Source: Sminthopsis crassicaudata (Eukaryota). Taken from it: a DNA stretch of 64,000 nucleotides. Below, piece after piece: positions 48,222-62,551 of the stretch (position 1 is the first letter of the stretch; each line of letters opens with the position of its first letter). The notes under the pieces are model-generated. The model ran no database searches. It had not been told where the DNA came from and saw only the letters and a program-made list of their open reading frames with translations. The stretch lies in NCBI RefSeq assembly GCF_048593235.1, contig NC_133620.1, positions 293,585,765-293,649,764 of the forward strand, given 5' to 3'. Position numbers and translations under genes: made by a program.

Positions 48222-50828
48222 TATTTATGGTTCCCTGATAGACTAGGAAATCCTGAATATCTGGACACTCAGAACCAATTTGGGTTTTGAGCTATTGGTG
48301 TAGTATTATTCCAGGAAGAATATCTGCATTCTCTGACAAAAGGCCTTCTTTTGTCTCACTCTATCTCTAAAGATAGTGGGCACCCAAACTGGGTCTGGGC
48401 TGTGGGCAGTATTCTCCAACGGAGAATATCTGCATTTTCAGGCAAAAAGTCTCCTTTTTGTCATACTCTATTTTTAGAGATAGTGGGACCAGTAAATCTG
48501 GAACTCTGGACAAGGTAAAAGATTTTTTCTTTCCTTCCTTCCACCCAAGCCACTCAGGTCAGGCTTATGTCTTTGTTAGACCTCTAAGCTCTTGCACAGT
48601 TCTCTACGAATTGCTTGGATTGACAAAAGGCCTCCTTTTGTCTCACTCTCTGTTTCTAGAGATATACAGGAGAGATGCTTCAAGAATTTGGAAAAGCTAA
48701 AAGCAATCTAGAAACATCTCTGCCTCTAAAAATCCTTCCTTGAGGAGAGATACCAAGCTTGGAGAAACTCCCACAGCCCAGCCCCTCTGGAGACAAAATT
48801 CCTTCCTTTGCATCTGAAGCTCTCATCAGAAAGCCCTGCCCTCAGGCAGGAACTGTGAGACAAGAGAGGAAGTGTCTTTTTAATGCCCCCCCCCCTCAGA
48901 TCAAGGAGACACATGCCCATTTTGGGGATCCCCACGCCACTGGGGTGGTCCGAGGCCAGCACTCTCTTTGATCTGTCTTGGGGAGACAACCAGAAAACTT
49001 AAAATAAGCTATGCTTGAGTCCTTCTCCCACTCTACTGTTTACATACACTGGGGTCTTTTGGCTGTAGCTACTAGGAGAAAGGTCACTGAATTGGAGCAA
49101 GCTTGGAGAACATCTCTCTACCCTTGGCTGCTACTCCCTGGATAGGGGGCCTTCTCCTTCAGTTCTTGCTCTCCCAGTAAGGTTTGGGGATTCCAAGTTC
49201 CAACTTGGAATCGACAGCGGAGCCCTCCCTATTCAGGAAGCACTGGGTAAGATGACATCTCTTTCTCCTTCACCCTCTCTCTTAGTCTTTCCTCCATGTG
49301 GATTGCAGAGGAATCAAGGCCTTTTTCAGACCTCTCCCATATAGCTTGGCAACCTGCCATTTAAATGCTCCTATCCTGTTCCCTTATTGGGGTACTGTAC
49401 AGTGGTGAGACTGGGTATTCAATCTTATCTTCTCAAATCTCTGGAAAAGTTTTCCACCAACTTTAAACCTACAGGACTTTGCTGGCAATCTGGACAGGCG
49501 GGCCATGCTCCTCCTAGATCCTTTGCCGGGCTCTTAAAGGAGCCGCAGCTTCTAGTCCTCTCAGGAAGCATGCTTGTCCCATACATTTTAAAATGGTACT
49601 TGGTTTCCCTGATTTCTATCTATCCTGCCTTAGAGCAGTGCCTCCCGCCACAGCCCACAGAGGATTCTAAACCGCTCTCCGTTGGTTTTGTTTTTTTCCT
49701 AATCTCAGGGCACTTACTTAAAGTGCCATTTCCTCAGCTGCTTGTGAAGAGATGAATAGCCTAGCTGTGGAAAGCAGGCTATGTCCTTTCTCTCACTTTC
49801 CTACCCAACCTTATAGGTGGGAACTTTTTGTTCCTAATTTTCTCAGTCCCCAGAACTTTTGCTCTTTTTCTCCTATTTTTCTGGATTGGCATTCTATGCC
49901 CCTGCCAGCAATTAAAGAGTTTCTTTTCTAAGCTCCAACCATGGCCAGGTTGTAGCTTCAAGAAAGACCTTTGGAATGAAATTCTAAAACAAATTTAATT
50001 ACATCATAAAGAGAGTGAAGATAGCTTCTTTCTTTCTTTTCTCTTCTTATTCCCTGACTGCATGGGGGAAATGAGAAGTTAGTGGGAGAGACTGAAAGTA
50101 TTTGAAAACTCCTTTACTACTTTCAATTTGGTGAACACCTTTAAAGGAAAGAGGTCTTTTCTTTCGCCTTTTCTCCAGCTTGCAGAATTCCCTTGTGGGG
50201 AATTGGTGTCTCTCTGTAGACTTGTTTTCTATTCTATAGTTGGTCCCTGACAAATTCTCCTTTGCTCTGTTGTGCCACAGTTCTCTTTTACTGCCTCAGT
50301 TTCCCTAATCTAATCTCTATCTTGCCTCAGTTTCTCTGGCATTACAGCTCAAGGAACATTTTGTTGCTCTCCTTCTCTAGAGAAGGACAAAGTGCTATAG
50401 AATCTGACTGAATACTGTCTACGGTCAGGCAAAGAGCTATTGAATGGAGCACACTAAAACTTTTTTTCCTAGAAGTCAAGGATTTCAGTCTTTCTAGTGA
50501 CGGCTGATTCTCATTTGGTGACCATTCACGAGGTTTTTTTACCCCATTAAGCCACCATACCAGCCTTTTATGGGGGGAGGGGGAGCTTGAATTCCCTGGG
50601 CGCACACAGGTGGAACTGTCTGGAGCCTTCCTCCAGATTTGTGTGTCCAAGGATGCTTGGACAGACAAATTTCTGCAGGTTGACAAATAGACCTCTTAAG
50701 GACAGCTTTTGTCATATCTTTCTATTTCTCTAGGGATGCCAAGAGAAAATAAGAGATGTAGAATTGGGAAAGCTTGGAACATGTTTCCCTATCCCTAAAG
50801 ACTCACCTTTAGGCTGTCTCTTAATGCA

Positions 50829-51496
50829 GATAATAAGGTTTAGAGTGGTCTAGATTCCTGGGGGTCTAGAGGTTAGTGGTTATAAATGAGTTATTAAGAA
50901 TCCCCTTTAAATCAGCCACAGGCTTTAGGAATGAAAGAATTCACTCATTCCTGAATACTAGTTGCAAAATGAAAGTTTATTGTTAGATAGAAATAAGTTG
51001 ACCCAGAGACTGACTTCTATAGTAGCAGATCTATGGAAAATGGAGTTTTGCACTGAGAATGCAGTGGACAGAAAATCCTGGCCGCTGAGTGAGCTATCGA
51101 GGTCCATCTGCAAAAGACCTTCATTGATGGAAACTATTTTATTTATTGAGTATCTTGGTGGGGTCTCGGACAGCCCCAGCAGATCAGAACCAGTGGTGGC
51201 TGGGATAGCCCAAGTTGGCTCAGATCCAGTAGGGGCTGGGACAAGCCTGTATCTCCTCTTGGAATTCAAAGAGATGTTTTTTGACCAGGATTTGTAATTG
51301 AATCAAAGGTTCTGGCATCCTGAAAGACAGCTTGTCTGGGGAGGATATGAGTCAGCCAGGAGGGCCTGGGAATCTGAAAGGAATCACAGATCAATAGGAA
51401 ATAGTTTCTTAACGGGACCACAACCCGCTTTACAGAGACACTTGGCTTGAAATACCTCAACCTCAAAACTTGAACTCTGAATAGATTAGCTCCACA
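50829..51496 (-). mobile_element. Second family D LTR in opposite orientation
   Basis: Reverse complement aligns along its length with 47549-48221 (shared ctgcattctcagtgcaaaactccattttccatagatctg, ctaaagcctgtgg), with many substitutions. Confidence 0.8.
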
Positions 51497-52281
51497 TACC
51501 AACTTTTTGGAGCCCTTGAAAGGCTTAAAAGTGTGTTCTTAAAATGCCTTTTTTTTTCTTCCAAATCCTGGGACTGATGAGGGACACTTCTGCCCTCAGG
51601 CAAAAGCTGCTAACCTACAAGCCCAGCAGAAGTTTTTCAAAGTTGAAAAACTCCCAGCCTAATAAAAAGACCTGGGACCCACCCCACCCCCCAATTTTTT
51701 CAGCAGTTCAAGGCTAATACACTAAGGAGCCCATTCTGAGCCCTCAATGTTTTCCCACTATGCTGTTACAAACAGCTGTTGGTTTTCTTTTAACTCTCAC
51801 CTGAACTAAAACCCGAGGCTCTCAGCTCTTTTCACTCCCTCTGGCCCTTTCCATCCCTCCCCCACAAGAATGGGGATAGTAGGGGGGAAGGCTCAGGATC
51901 TTTGCCTAAACCATCTTGGTGATTTTTATGGTGAGATTGAAGAACCAATTCTCTAACTTTTTTCTCCTACTTTTCTTTGGTATTCAGGATAATTAGATGG
52001 GCATCAGCATTGTTATTGCGCGTAATTTGAAAAAGCATCCATGGCTTGAGAGGCTGAGGCATCGGTGGTTGACTGCTGGGGTGGTGACTAAGAGAAGAGT
52101 CAGAGGAACCCGGACCCGCAGCCCTAGCTGGCGGCCGGCAGTTCGGCCGGCAGTGTTCCAGCTTTCCCTTCCGCCCTGCACCCCTCCCCCCCTCGCACTT
52201 AGAGAAACAGCAGACTCCAAGGCTTCCCACGGAAAGCCGGGTGCATTTAGCGCGTCAGCTCTCCCTTAGAGAGAAGTGGGT

Positions 52282-52297
52282 GGCTCTTAAAAGAGCC
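52282..52297 (-). terminator. Histone 3' stem-loop (H2B copy 2)
   Basis: Mirror of 37281-37296. Confidence 0.97.
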
Positions 52298-52343
52298 GTT
52301 GTGTACGTTGAGAGACGTCAGGCACCCCCGGAGACCTCCAATT

Positions 52344-52796
<453 letters not shown>

Positions 52797-53048
52797 CTAT
52801 TTGTAAGGCTTTCATTCAAATGAAGGATGACAGAGTTCTCTTTCTGATTGGACGGGGCCTAGTAAGTCCGCCCCCAGGTGGGAGGGGTATATGTAAATAA
52901 CAAGATCCCAAATCTACTTCACAATTGGCCGCTTTGTCCAAGACGCCTGTAACCAATCGGACGGCGCCGTTTAGTCTACCGCCTCACAGGATAATAGGTT
53001 CGATCTTACGCGGAAGGAAATTCATCTTTCGCCTCTTGCAGCTTCTGA

Positions 53049-53498
<450 letters not shown>

Positions 53499-53564
53499 GC
53501 CAGCCCTGCTAATGACAGACAATCCCTGGAAATGAGGAGATTCGTCTACTACGCAGAAACCAAA

Positions 53565-53580
53565 GGCTCTTTTCAGAGCC
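53565..53580 (+). terminator. Histone 3' stem-loop (H2A copy 2)
   Basis: CCAAA-GGCTCTTTTCAGAGCC-GCCCA. Confidence 0.97.
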
Positions 53581-55931
53581 GCCCACGCTTTCAAAGAAAG
53601 AGCTGGATAAAAACTTGGGCTGCCCCTACTTCGGGAAAGTCGAGATGGTTATGGGGTCACCAATACTTCTCCCTCCCCTACTCACTCCTTCCCCCCCTCC
53701 CCCGCGGCTTGGCAAACTTCTTAGCTTTGGGGAGGAAAAGCCGTGATGACATAGTGCCCGAAGTCACTCATCAAGCATTGGATTGACAAACCGTACATAT
53801 CTTACTACAGAGGAGGCTAGGTTATCTCCGCCCCGAGGTGCCGCATAGACTTGAGTCAGGGAAGTCAGACGGTCACAGAAAGGACCCCTTACTCAGGAGA
53901 AGGGAGGGTAATGTTTGGGTGTTCTGAGAGGTCTAATTTAGACCAATTCTTGATGTACTAGGGAAGTTCTCTTAGGAAGGGAACGTAATTGCCAAATTTC
54001 AAGTGAAGCTTTATGAAACAACTTGGGTCTCTCTCTCCTGGCTCTCTTCCTTCCGGGCTGGCCCTTCCTCGGTTTCCCTTGTGTTGCTGCGTCATCATCG
54101 TCCACCTCCGGACCTATAAGCTTGGATGTCTCTCCAGAATTGTCCTGGCTACCACTCTATGCTACTCATCGTCTTAACTCAGGGAGCCCGGTCTTCATCC
54201 TTTCCCTGGGACTCCTGGTTTACTAATTCCCAGTCCAAAAGGATTCGCCAAAGACAATCTTCCTAAGTCTTTCCCATCCCCAGCCCATTCTCGCCTTCTC
54301 GAAAAGCCTTCATTTTCTCGGAGAGAAACCATTTCGTTCCTTATCGTTTAGCACCCCACTCAGTCGCGGTGGTTCCTAATACGTCTGCACCCCCCCCCCC
54401 ATTCCACCACCCCAGTTCCTTTAAGCGCTTCGCATCCATCCACCTCCGAGTTCAAATTTTCCTCTATTTGTCACCACAAAAAACCGTTTCTGGCCCTGGT
54501 CGTCCTGCTTCTAGCCTCTCCCGTTCATCTATTCTCCAAGCAGCTTCAGAAATCTTGCTAAAGCAAAGGGCGGCTCTGATGCCCCGATGGCTCCTGCAGA
54601 GCCATCACGGCCCAATCCTTCAACAGTTTCCTTTTGTCTCTTGCTACAACACAAGCTTCACGCAGATTGTTCCACGGAATCTTGATCTTCATCTGAAGCT
54701 GAGTTTATGAGTTTATGAGTTTATGATCCGATTGCTCTAGCTCTTTTCCTCCTTTGTGTTTGTCTTTGTGTTTGTACAAGCTGTATCCCTCGGGTTCCTT
54801 CCTCTACTACGGAACCTCCAGTAGAAGAAACACTTCGTGGTTGGTTGCTTTTTGTTGTTTTATTTCTTTGTCCTTTGAGTGACCAAAGGAGTAATGTCCA
54901 TAGTTCGTTGGAAAAGGTAGGCGTTTATTAAAATTTTCCTTGCAATTAATCTGAAGGCACCTGCTAGTTTCCCCGTGTGTATACACTGGCTCAGAGCTAG
55001 CTCCTCTGCAAATAAGCAGAGGGCCGACCTGACCTGATGTGAATTTAGTTAGACGACCCTGGCAGACAGCAAACACATCATCACGCTCGATGGCACCGCC
55101 TAGAAACTTCCTCTCTTCTTCATCTGACCTCTCCCCAAAACCCATCGAAGATGTAAACTTAGGGTCCAACAGCAAACCAAGAGGAGCCATAAGAATACAG
55201 TCGTTTAAAAGAAAAAAAAAAAGTGTTTATTTATTTATTTGTTTATTTGTTTGTTTGTTTGTTTTGCGAAAATCGTGGTTTGGATCGCGGGACGGAGGAG
55301 AGGTGTCGAGAGGGAGGAAAGTCTCCGACTAGGAGAAAACCTGGAATTGGGTCTTCTAGACCGGTAGAATGGACTCGTACGGAGGTAGTGGGAGTAGAGA
55401 GTCGATAGAATGCTCTAAATGTAAAAGGAAAAGAGTAAATGTAAAAGTCGAACTTAAAAGAAAATGGAATACTCAGAGACCAACGTAATGATCAGTAAGA
55501 AGTCTGTGATCGATCCCTTAAAAAAATAAAAATAAAAATAAATCTCAAGGGGGAAACGGCAAAAAAATTTAAAACACGTGAGTGTGAGCGAGCGCACGAG
55601 AGTAAGGCTGGGGCTAGGTCTGGGGAGGTGGGGGCCCTAGGAAGGAAGGAAAAGAAAAAAAAAGGAGCCAAGTAGACTGAGCCCAGAAGAAAGGGAGCGA
55701 GGGGCGGGATCACGTTATCCAATGAAATTGCTCGGAATTTCGAGGGCGGGTAGGGTTGATTTTCCACCAATTCATTTGGGCGTAGGGCTTTCGAACGTTC
55801 CAATCAGAACGTTGTCGTCGATATAAATATAAGCGACGGCTGGCCAGTTTCTCCGTTGTCTTTTGGGTGTTGCTGCTCGTGCTTCTCTTTTTCCTTTTCT
55901 TTTTTTTCTTTTTCCCTGTCCCTGCCCTTAA

Positions 55932-56360
<429 letters not shown>

Positions 56361-56388
56361 ACTCTTAAAAAAAGGCTATGTATCCAAA

Positions 56389-56404
56389 GGCTCTTTTCAG
56401 AGCC
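56389..56404 (+). terminator. Histone 3' stem-loop (H3 copy 2)
   Basis: CCAAA-GGCTCTTTTCAGAGCC-ACCCA. Confidence 0.97.
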
Positions 56405-56763
56405 ACCCACTACCTCGAACAAAAGTAGCTGTATTTTCACGTACGCTGGTTCCTCTGAGCAGAAACCGTGGCGTAGCGAGTAGAAAACCGGTCGCTTGCT
56501 TGGTTTTCAACTCCAGCCACTCACCAACTTGAGAAACTTTCCCCGCCCCCCTTCTTTCTGGTGCCCTTTCTTAACATTCGCGCCCTTACCCTCCCCCACT
56601 CGGGGCCGGGGGCAGCGGTAGCATGGGCGTTCGTGATTGGTGCGTAATTCGCGCTCTCAACCTACCCCCGCCCACCAGGAAAGTAACTGGGACATAATTG
56701 TGCACATTTTGAGATCGGGCTGAGGGCACGGGAGGGCAAAAGGTATTTTTCCAAATTATCCCT

Positions 56764-57110
56764 TCACTTCTTGGGCGCCGCCTTGGGTTTGGCTGCTTTT
56801 AGGCTTAGGCAGCTTGGCTTGAGCCGGGCTTTTAGTCGCCTTCTTGGCCTTGGCCGCGGTGCTCACCAGGCTCTTCAACCCCAACTTGGCGCCACTGTTG
56901 TTCCTATAGCCGGGATCGCCTTCTTAAAGGCAGCCACAGACGCCGCCGCGCTCTTTGGCGCTTCTAGAGCCTTGGCGATTAGCTCCAAGATGGGTGGCCC
57001 AGCAGCCTTGCGCCGAGCTCCTCCACTGCCTATTTGCTCGCAGCTTTCTTCACCGGAGTCTTCTCCGAGGGCGCCTGGGCGACCCGCGGGCCAAGATCGT
57101 TCCCAGACAC
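56764..57110 (-). pseudogene. H1: Histone H1 pseudogene, copy 2, same lesions
   Basis: Mirror of 32468-32814. Confidence 0.9.
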
Positions 57111-59056
57111 CCTTTCTGCTCCCAGGCCACGAGAGCCACGAAAAGAGAAAAGGAAAAACGAAAGACAAGTAAAAACGCCACTGCACACGGTCGCCACAGT
57201 GGCGCCAAGCCCGCCCGGGAATATATATAGAGACAGAGACCCACAGGGACTGGAGACCGAGACGGAGGAGCTGCGCTGTGATTGGCGCGCTGTTCCTGCG
57301 CAGCCCGCCTTCAGCCGTCCTACGGCCTTTCTGCTCTCCTTCGCGGTTGGGTTGCTTGCCCCTAAAGGGGAGGGGGGGGGGGAGGAAAACGGTCGCATCC
57401 CCTTCACTTTCTATCCAGAAGTTAAGCGAAAAAAGCCTTGGGATTTACGGTCCGTATATTTTCAACCTCAAATCATAAGGCCCCACCCAGCTTTTCCCAA
57501 GTTCCCCAACTACCCGCAAAGCCCAGGTGAAATCAAGGCAACTCCCCGTGTTTCCTTTAAATCAGGAAAGTTCCGCTTGGTTCCCGGGACGCTTTCCTTT
57601 TGGGGACGCTCCTGCACACCCTTGGCTTTCTCGTCTGTACAAAACCGAAATAATTTCTCGCCACATTTGCACTGAAATCCCATTTCTATCTGAGGGAAGT
57701 AACGCAGGCTCTCCGGCGGTCCTTGCATAGATATTCATGGGAATGCGCCACTGTCCCGCATCCATACACACTTTGGAAATCGCTCGGAATTGGGGGGAGG
57801 GGAGGCACTTTTCTGGGCCACTAAGGTCCCATCTTCGGATTCCCAGCGGTTAGATGAGGGAGAAAATCCAGGGCTGAGTTTGGGGCAGGGCTCTCCATTT
57901 CAGTTCTACTTCTTTTCTACGCCAACTTCTACCCAGCACTCACCTGACAGATAATCTGGTCCTGGGGCGCTCACTCCGGGGAGGGGGGGGGTAGGCGGAG
58001 AGAGCAAGTATTTGGGACTGCCTTCAGGGAGTTTACAATCTAATCTAGAGAGAGGGCAGGGCACTAGAAGGAAAGCGATCCAAAAATGATCCCGCTTTCA
58101 GCTAGCAGCGGCCTGGAGCTCGATGAAACCACTGGAAAGTGTGCTTGAGACAGATGGCGAAAGACCTTGAATTTCAAGTACATGGGAAGGATGGAGGAGG
58201 GGGCTTTGTGAAACAAGACTGGCAAGTGAATGTCAAACAAGCGGGAGGGAAGGAAGGAAGAGGGAGGGCGGGCGCCTCTTCACCACGGCGTTCTCACTCC
58301 AGTGTAACCCGACCCGAATCCAGATCCTACAAAACTGCTCAGATATCCCTGAAAATGAGCCCTAGTTTGGGGAGGGGAATGCGTGGACGCAACACATTCT
58401 TACAGCAACCCAACACTTGTGTAGGCAGAGTGTGGAAATGGCAGGGCAGACCAAGAATCACAGACCCGGAATGCAAAGGACTAAGCATCCTGATTAAGTG
58501 TAGGGAGTAAGGAAAGTCAAAGGGACCTCTGATGTTTTGGGCCCTCATAAAATCCAACAAACCTCTCAAGCAACTACAGTGCTCCACGCCAGTATTAGGA
58601 GACCGGGATACAGAGGCTAAAGCCTCCCAAGGAACTTAGATTCTTCTGGGAAAACTGCAGAGACAATAATTAAATTAGAGACTTGAACTAATCAGAATTC
58701 TTTACGGATTTCTCTTAAGAAACTGGCGGCTCAAAGGAAAAGGGTTTTATTGTTGCTACTGCCACCTTTGCCTCTACTACTGCTGCCGCTGCTACTGCTG
58801 TTACTTTAAAATATGGTTTCTTTGGTATATGTTCCTCCATTCCAAATTAACCCCAGTTCTCTGATTTTGCTGTCTCTCCTCCTTCTACCCCGTGCTAGTT
58901 TGAAGTCATCTAGTCCAGGCAACATGAAACAGAGAGGAAAGGGAAAAAAAAAAAAAAAAAATTTACTTGCCCGGGACCTGGATCACCGAGATTGCTATTA
59001 GGTAGCAGAGCCAATGTGGTCCTCTTTTGTCAGTCAGGAAAAAAGAGACAGATTGC

Positions 59057-62000
59057 TGTAATGTTCTCTTCTCTAAAGATATATAATGTTCTCTGGCAGC
59101 AGGTTTCTTGGGGAGTTTCTAGAAGCTGCCTTACTTTCAGTTCAGTGTAATCACCCCAAATGTAGTCAGGAATTAAAATCCAGCTCCTTTATTTTCTCCT
59201 TCAAAATCTTGTCTCTTTTCCTGGGCCTGGTTAGCTTTCTTAGAGGCCTATCTCTCTCCTTGGTTCTGAGAGCTCTCTCTCCTCTCTGAATGTCTCCAGC
59301 CAAAGGTGGAAGTTGGAATGACTGATCTGCCTCTGAGAGTGGGATTGTGGGCTTCTATGGGGTTGGCCCTGGGGGCTTCTTGCTTATATTTCTTCCCACC
59401 TTGTGAATCTCCTTTTTATATATGCTCTCCAAAGGTGTGAACTCCTTTAAAGGTGTGAACTAAAGTACATTAGTACCTTGTTTCAAGTTCTGGCCCATAA
59501 CAGACTGCAGTTGTCTTTTTCCCAGAGTCTCTGAGGAAGGATGGAAATAAGCACTTCTTAGGCAGCTATTATATGCCGGACACTCTACATTGTCTCATTT
59601 AATCCTCATAACAACCTGTCACAGTTGAGGTCAAGTGGTTGCCCAGGTTACACACCGAGTGAGTATACATTTCAACTCAGATCTTGATGGTGAATCCAGA
59701 GCTCTATCCAGCGCACTACCTAGCTGGTATTCTTGATGTTGGCTGTGCCAACCCCTACCCTTTTTTTTTTACTGGGGATATGTCTTTTTAAAAAATCTCC
59801 CCAAGGTTCAGTAGTACTCGAAGGAGAGTTGGGTGGCAATCACTTCAGTCAAGGAACTCATGCCTCCATCAGTACCAAGTACTCATACCTCCATGAGCTT
59901 TCCTAGGTTTGAAGGATTCAGGACTTTTCTTCGAACCTCCATGTCAAAACATGTAATATTCTTCTCTAAAATATAATATTTTCTATTATTGTTCTGTAAG
60001 ATTTGACCAGCAGGATGATTTCAGAAAGGCCTGGAGAAACTTACATGAACTGATGCTGAGTGAAATGAGCAGGACCAGGAGATTGTTCTATACTTCAACA
60101 ACAATACTATATGATGATCGATTCTGATGGATGTGGCCATTTTCAACAATGAGATGAACCAAATCAGTTCCAATAGAGCAGTAATGTACTGAACCAGCTA
60201 CACCCAGCTTAAGAACTCTGGGAGATGACTATGAACCACTACATAGAATTTCCAGTCCCTCTAATTTTGTCTGACTGTATTTTGGATTTCCTTTGCAGGC
60301 GAATTGTACACTATTTCAAAAATCTGATTTTTTTTTTTTTTTGTACAGCAAAATAACTGTATGGACATTTATACATATCTTGTATTTAACATCTACTTTA
60401 ACATATTTAACATGTATTGGTCAACCTGCCATCTGGGGGGGAGGGGAAGGAGGGGAAAAATTAGAAGAAAAGATTTGGCAATTGTCAATGTTGTAAAATT
60501 ACCCATGTATATATTTGGTAAAGAAAAAGTACTAAATAAAAATAAAAAAGAATAAATTATATGATTGTGAAAAAATATTCTCTGAAAGCAGGTTTCTTGG
60601 GGGGCTTCTGGAGGCAGTTTCAGTTCAGAGTAATTCCTCCAAATGCAGCCAGGAGTTAAAGTCCAAATCCTTTATTGTCTCCTTCTGTAATGCCGGAGAA
60701 ACGGAGTCAAGATAGAGATTAGAGAGTTTTTAATATTTTATTAATTGGAGAGTTTAATTGACTGGGCAGAACTCTTGTCTCAAAGTATCCAGTGACTAAT
60801 GGGACAACGTCAAACCATTTTCTATCTTCCAAAAAAAGAAAAGAACAAGAGCGGGAAAAGTTCTTACAGAACCTTTTGGTTCTGTCAGGATGGGGAGAGC
60901 AATAAAATCTTACTGAAAACCTGAGTCAGAGGAAAAGATCTTGATGAATGTTGGAGGGGATGTGGGAAAGCTGGGAACAATTTGGAACTATGCCCAAAAA
61001 GTTATCAAACTGTGCATACCCTTTGATCCAGCAGCGCTACTACTGGGCTTATATCCCAAGGAAATACTAAAGAAGGGAAAGGGGCCTGTATGTGCCAAAA
61101 TGTTTGTGGCAGCCCTTTTCATAGTGGCTAGAAGCTGGAAGATGAATGGCTGTCCATCAATTGGAGAATGGTTGGGTAAATTGTGGTATATGAAGGTTAT
61201 GGAATATTATTGTTCTGTAAGAAATGACCGGCAGGAGGAATACAGAGAGGCTTGGAGAGACTTACATGATCTGATGCTGAGTGAAAAGAGCAGAACCAGG
61301 AGATCACTATACACTTCCACAACGATACTGTATGAAGATATATACTAATTGAAGTAGATATCTTCAACATAGAGAAGATCCAATTCAGTTCCAGTTGATC
61401 AATGATGGACAGAAACAACTACACCCAGAAAAGGAACACTGGGAAAGGAGTGTAAAATGTTTACACTATTGTCTTTCTACCCAAGTTACTTATAACTTTG
61501 GAATCCAATTCTTACCGTGCAACAAGAAATTTGGATTTATACACATATATTGTATCTAGGATATACTGTAACACATTTAATATATATATATGGGATTGCT
61601 TGTCATCTAGGGGAGGGAGTAGAGGGAGGGAGGGGAAAATTTGGAAAAGTGAATACAAGGGATAATGTAAAAAAAAAATACCCATGCATATGTACTGTCA
61701 AAAAGATTATAATTATAAAATTAATAAATTATTTTAAAAAAGAGAGAGAGAAAGGAAACCAGAGTCAGGATGTTTGAATAAACAGAAGTAAGGATGTCAA
61801 TTGAAGTATCCGGGATGATCTTATCTCTTGGAATATTTTAGAGGGACAGTGTCAAAAATTCTTTGAAGGCAGAAGGAGCTAGGAGCCAGGATGTCTGATC
61901 TGCTCCTCATCTACCATTGACAATTTATAACCTTAGAGCAAATGGTCCAAAGTCTTAATGAACCAGAGGGGTTTTATAACTTAAGGGGACTGAGGCAGAG

Positions 62001-62551
62001 CAGTTAAGGAAACTGAGGTAGAACAATTCAGGGAAACCCAGTCAGCACAATAAGGGAAACTAGTGCAGGGAAACTGAGGTAGAACAGCTCAAGGAGACTG
62101 TGGCATAACACTTCAAAATCTGATCACCTTCACTTGGGGCTCGGCTAGTTTTCTGGAGGCCTTCCGCATCTTGGTTTCAGCGTTCTCCACCGGACAGCCG
62201 CCACCACTTGTCTGTCTTCCTTAGGTCTGCCCCCCTGCCTTGTCTGGCTTCTGAATCTGCTCGACTGAACCCTGGCTGAGGCTCCCAGAGCTTCTAGTGC
62301 GCTTCTCCCTCTGGCCCGGAGAGCTCCTCCTTGTATGCCCCGCACTGAGTATACATCCATCAATACATCACTAGGAAACCGTTATTTGTTGATTTAACCA
62401 TCATCTCCTCAATTCCACTGAGCACCTTGTTTCACGTTCTGGACTACATCATCTCCTTGTAGGGCCAGATCAATCCCACTGAACCAGGCTAAATTAGATA
62501 ATTATTGTCTTTATCAATTTCAGTGATTAGCACCTTGTAAGAATCCTAACG
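59057..62551. mobile_element. Mirror of the left-arm repeat block: LTR A 59057-59502, LTR A 59952-62551 containing L1 (about 59985-60560), LTR B 60686-62110 and L1 (about 60942-61740)
   Basis: Reverse complement of 27030-30523; ORFs 60941 and 61197 identical to 28232 and 28162. Confidence 0.9.

Larger units (their letters stand above)
37563..52016. other. Unique spacer of the palindrome (~14.5 kb), mostly ERV-derived
   Basis: Arm homology ends after gcgcgca (37562) and tgcgcg (52017). Confidence 0.9.
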
